64,000 nt of DNA, from assembly GCA_031459915.1 (NCBI GenBank), contig JAVKHO010000007.1, positions 1 through 64,000 on the forward strand, read 5' to 3'. Shown piece after piece: positions 62,149 to 64,000 of this stretch. The position numbers and the translations under genes are program-made. The DNA comes from Candidatus Tepidifontimicrobium thermophilum (lineage in GTDB: Bacteria; Sysuimicrobiota; Sysuimicrobiia; Sysuimicrobiales; Sysuimicrobiaceae). The notes beneath the pieces are model-generated. The model saw only the letters and a program-made list of their open reading frames with translations. It had not been told where the DNA came from and ran no database searches. Numbering within the stretch: the stretch's first letter is position 1; every line of letters begins with the position of its first letter.

Positions 62149-62934
62149 GTGGCCATCCTGGTCACCCGGCGGATGACCAAGCGGTTCGGCGGGCTGGTGG
62201 CCATCCGGGCCCTGGACCTGGAGGTGGAGGAGCGGGCGATCCACAGCGTCATCGGCCCCAACGGGGCGGGTAAAACCACCCTGTTCAACTGCGTCACGGG
62301 GTTCTACCGCCCCGACGAGGGCGAGATCTGGTTTGCCGGCCAACGGGTGGACGGCCTGCGGCCGGACGAGATCGCGCACCTCGGGGTCGCCCGTACCTAC
62401 CAGAACATCCGCCTCTTCGCCAACATGACGGCCCTGGAGAACGTGCTGGTAGGGCTGCACATGCACCTGCGGTCCACCTGGGTGGGCGCGGTGCTGGCCA
62501 GCCCCGCGGTGCGTCGGGAGGAACGGTGGGCCCACGCGGAGGCCCGGCGGCTGTTGGAATTCGTGGGGCTCGCCGGCCGGGGGGATCTGCTGGCCCGCAA
62601 CCTGCCGTACGGGGAGCAGCGAAAGCTGGAGCTGGCCCGGGCGTTAGCCACCCGGCCCAAGCTCCTGCTGCTGGACGAGCCCACCGCAGGCATGAACCCC
62701 GCGGAGACCGCGGAGATGATCCAGTTCATCCGGCGCTTGCGGGACGAGCTGGGGATCACCATTCTGCTCATCGAGCACCACATGCGGGTGGTGATGACCA
62801 TCTCGGACCGGGTGACGGTGCTGGACTACGGGGAAAAGATCTCCGAGGGCACACCCGAGCAGGTGCAGAACGACCCGCGGGTCATCGAGGCGTACCTGGG
62901 CACCCGGAAGGTCAAGGCGGAAGCCCTCGGATAA
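62149..62934 (+). CDS. livG: ABC ATP-binding protein (LivG-like)
   Basis: FGGLVA, GPNGAGKTT, ARTYQNIRLF, LPYGEQR, DEPTAG. Confidence 0.93.
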   Translation: MAILVTRRMTKRFGGLVAIRALDLEVEERAIHSVIGPNGAGKTTLFNCVTGFYRPDEGEIWFAGQRVDGLRPDEIAHLGVARTYQNIRLFANMTALENVLVGLHMHLRSTWVGAVLASPAVRREERWAHAEARRLLEFVGLAGRGDLLARNLPYGEQRKLELARALATRPKLLLLDEPTAGMNPAETAEMIQFIRRLRDELGITILLIEHHMRVVMTISDRVTVLDYGEKISEGTPEQVQNDPRVIEAYLGTRKVKAEALG

Positions 62935-62940
62935 AAGACC

Positions 62941-63651
<711 letters not shown>

Positions 63652-63753
63652 ACACCGGTCCGCGGGTTTCCCGGCGTGAAGCGGACGTTACAGGTTTCCG
63701 GTTCCATGGGTCCGCACCGTGCGGTGCACGCCAGGGAGAGGAGGACGGCGACC

Positions 63754-64000
63754 GTGGTCCGGACGATGCTGTTGGCCCTGTTGGTGATGGGGTGGGTAAC
63801 TGCGGGGGTGACCGCGGGCCCCGCACCGCGGGTGATCCGCGTTTCCCTGACCTCGTTCAAGTTCGAGCCCAGCCTGATCCAGCTCCGACAGGGGGAGCGG
63901 GTGGTGCTGGAGCTGGTGAACGAGGACACCCAGCGCCCCCACAACATCGCCTCGGAGCTGTTCAACCACACGGAGCTGGTGGTGCGGGGTGAGTTCCGGC
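63754..64000 (+). CDS. Secreted cupredoxin-domain protein, 3'-truncated by window edge
   Basis: SD GAGGAGG; MVRTMLLALLVMG...SFKFEPSLIQLRQGERVVLELVNED..PHN (not in the ORF track). Confidence 0.75.
   Translation, partial: MVRTMLLALLVMGWVTAGVTAGPAPRVIRVSLTSFKFEPSLIQLRQGERVVLELVNEDTQRPHNIASELFNHTELVVRGEFR

Overview
GC-rich bacterial chromosomal segment, mostly core housekeeping genes. Gene order and a T-box suggest a Terrabacteria-type organism; finer taxonomy cannot be fixed from this window. The left end (1-4170) is the tail of a defence island: a truncated small membrane protein coupled to a type I RM hsdR, then a decayed DNA methyltransferase and an IS3-like remnant. Core blocks are GAF/HD-GYP, yceI/HxlR, rplU-rpmA-obgE-nadD-rsfS-GNAT, a Pro T-box-led proC-pheA-thrC-hom-ask cluster, NCS2 permease/DUF62, S41 protease, trpB2, a DtxR-type regulator with an Fe(III) ABC transporter, a PMT/flippase/GT2 glycosylation trio, tRNA-Met-tilS-ftsH, pncA/ASCH/kptA, ftcD-folPBK-birA, pan-motif-led ECF S component-coaX, an acyl-ACP-reductase-like gene pair, greA, clpC, hpt, HEAT-cutA-surE-ftsEX-M23-ctpA-deacetylase and a liv-type ABC transporter. 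A second accessory insert (10.5-12.6 kb) carries a frameshifted TIGR04255-like gene, an unknown protein and a HEPN protein. Best leads: an unannotated ~210-nt transcription unit with a 14-codon ORF (31513-31758), the TIGR04255/unknown/HEPN module, the membrane protein inside the RM operon, the AAR-like pair, and several cis-regulatory RNAs/operators. No CRISPR array or rRNA seen. All family assignments are from motif recognition by eye; no database searches were run.
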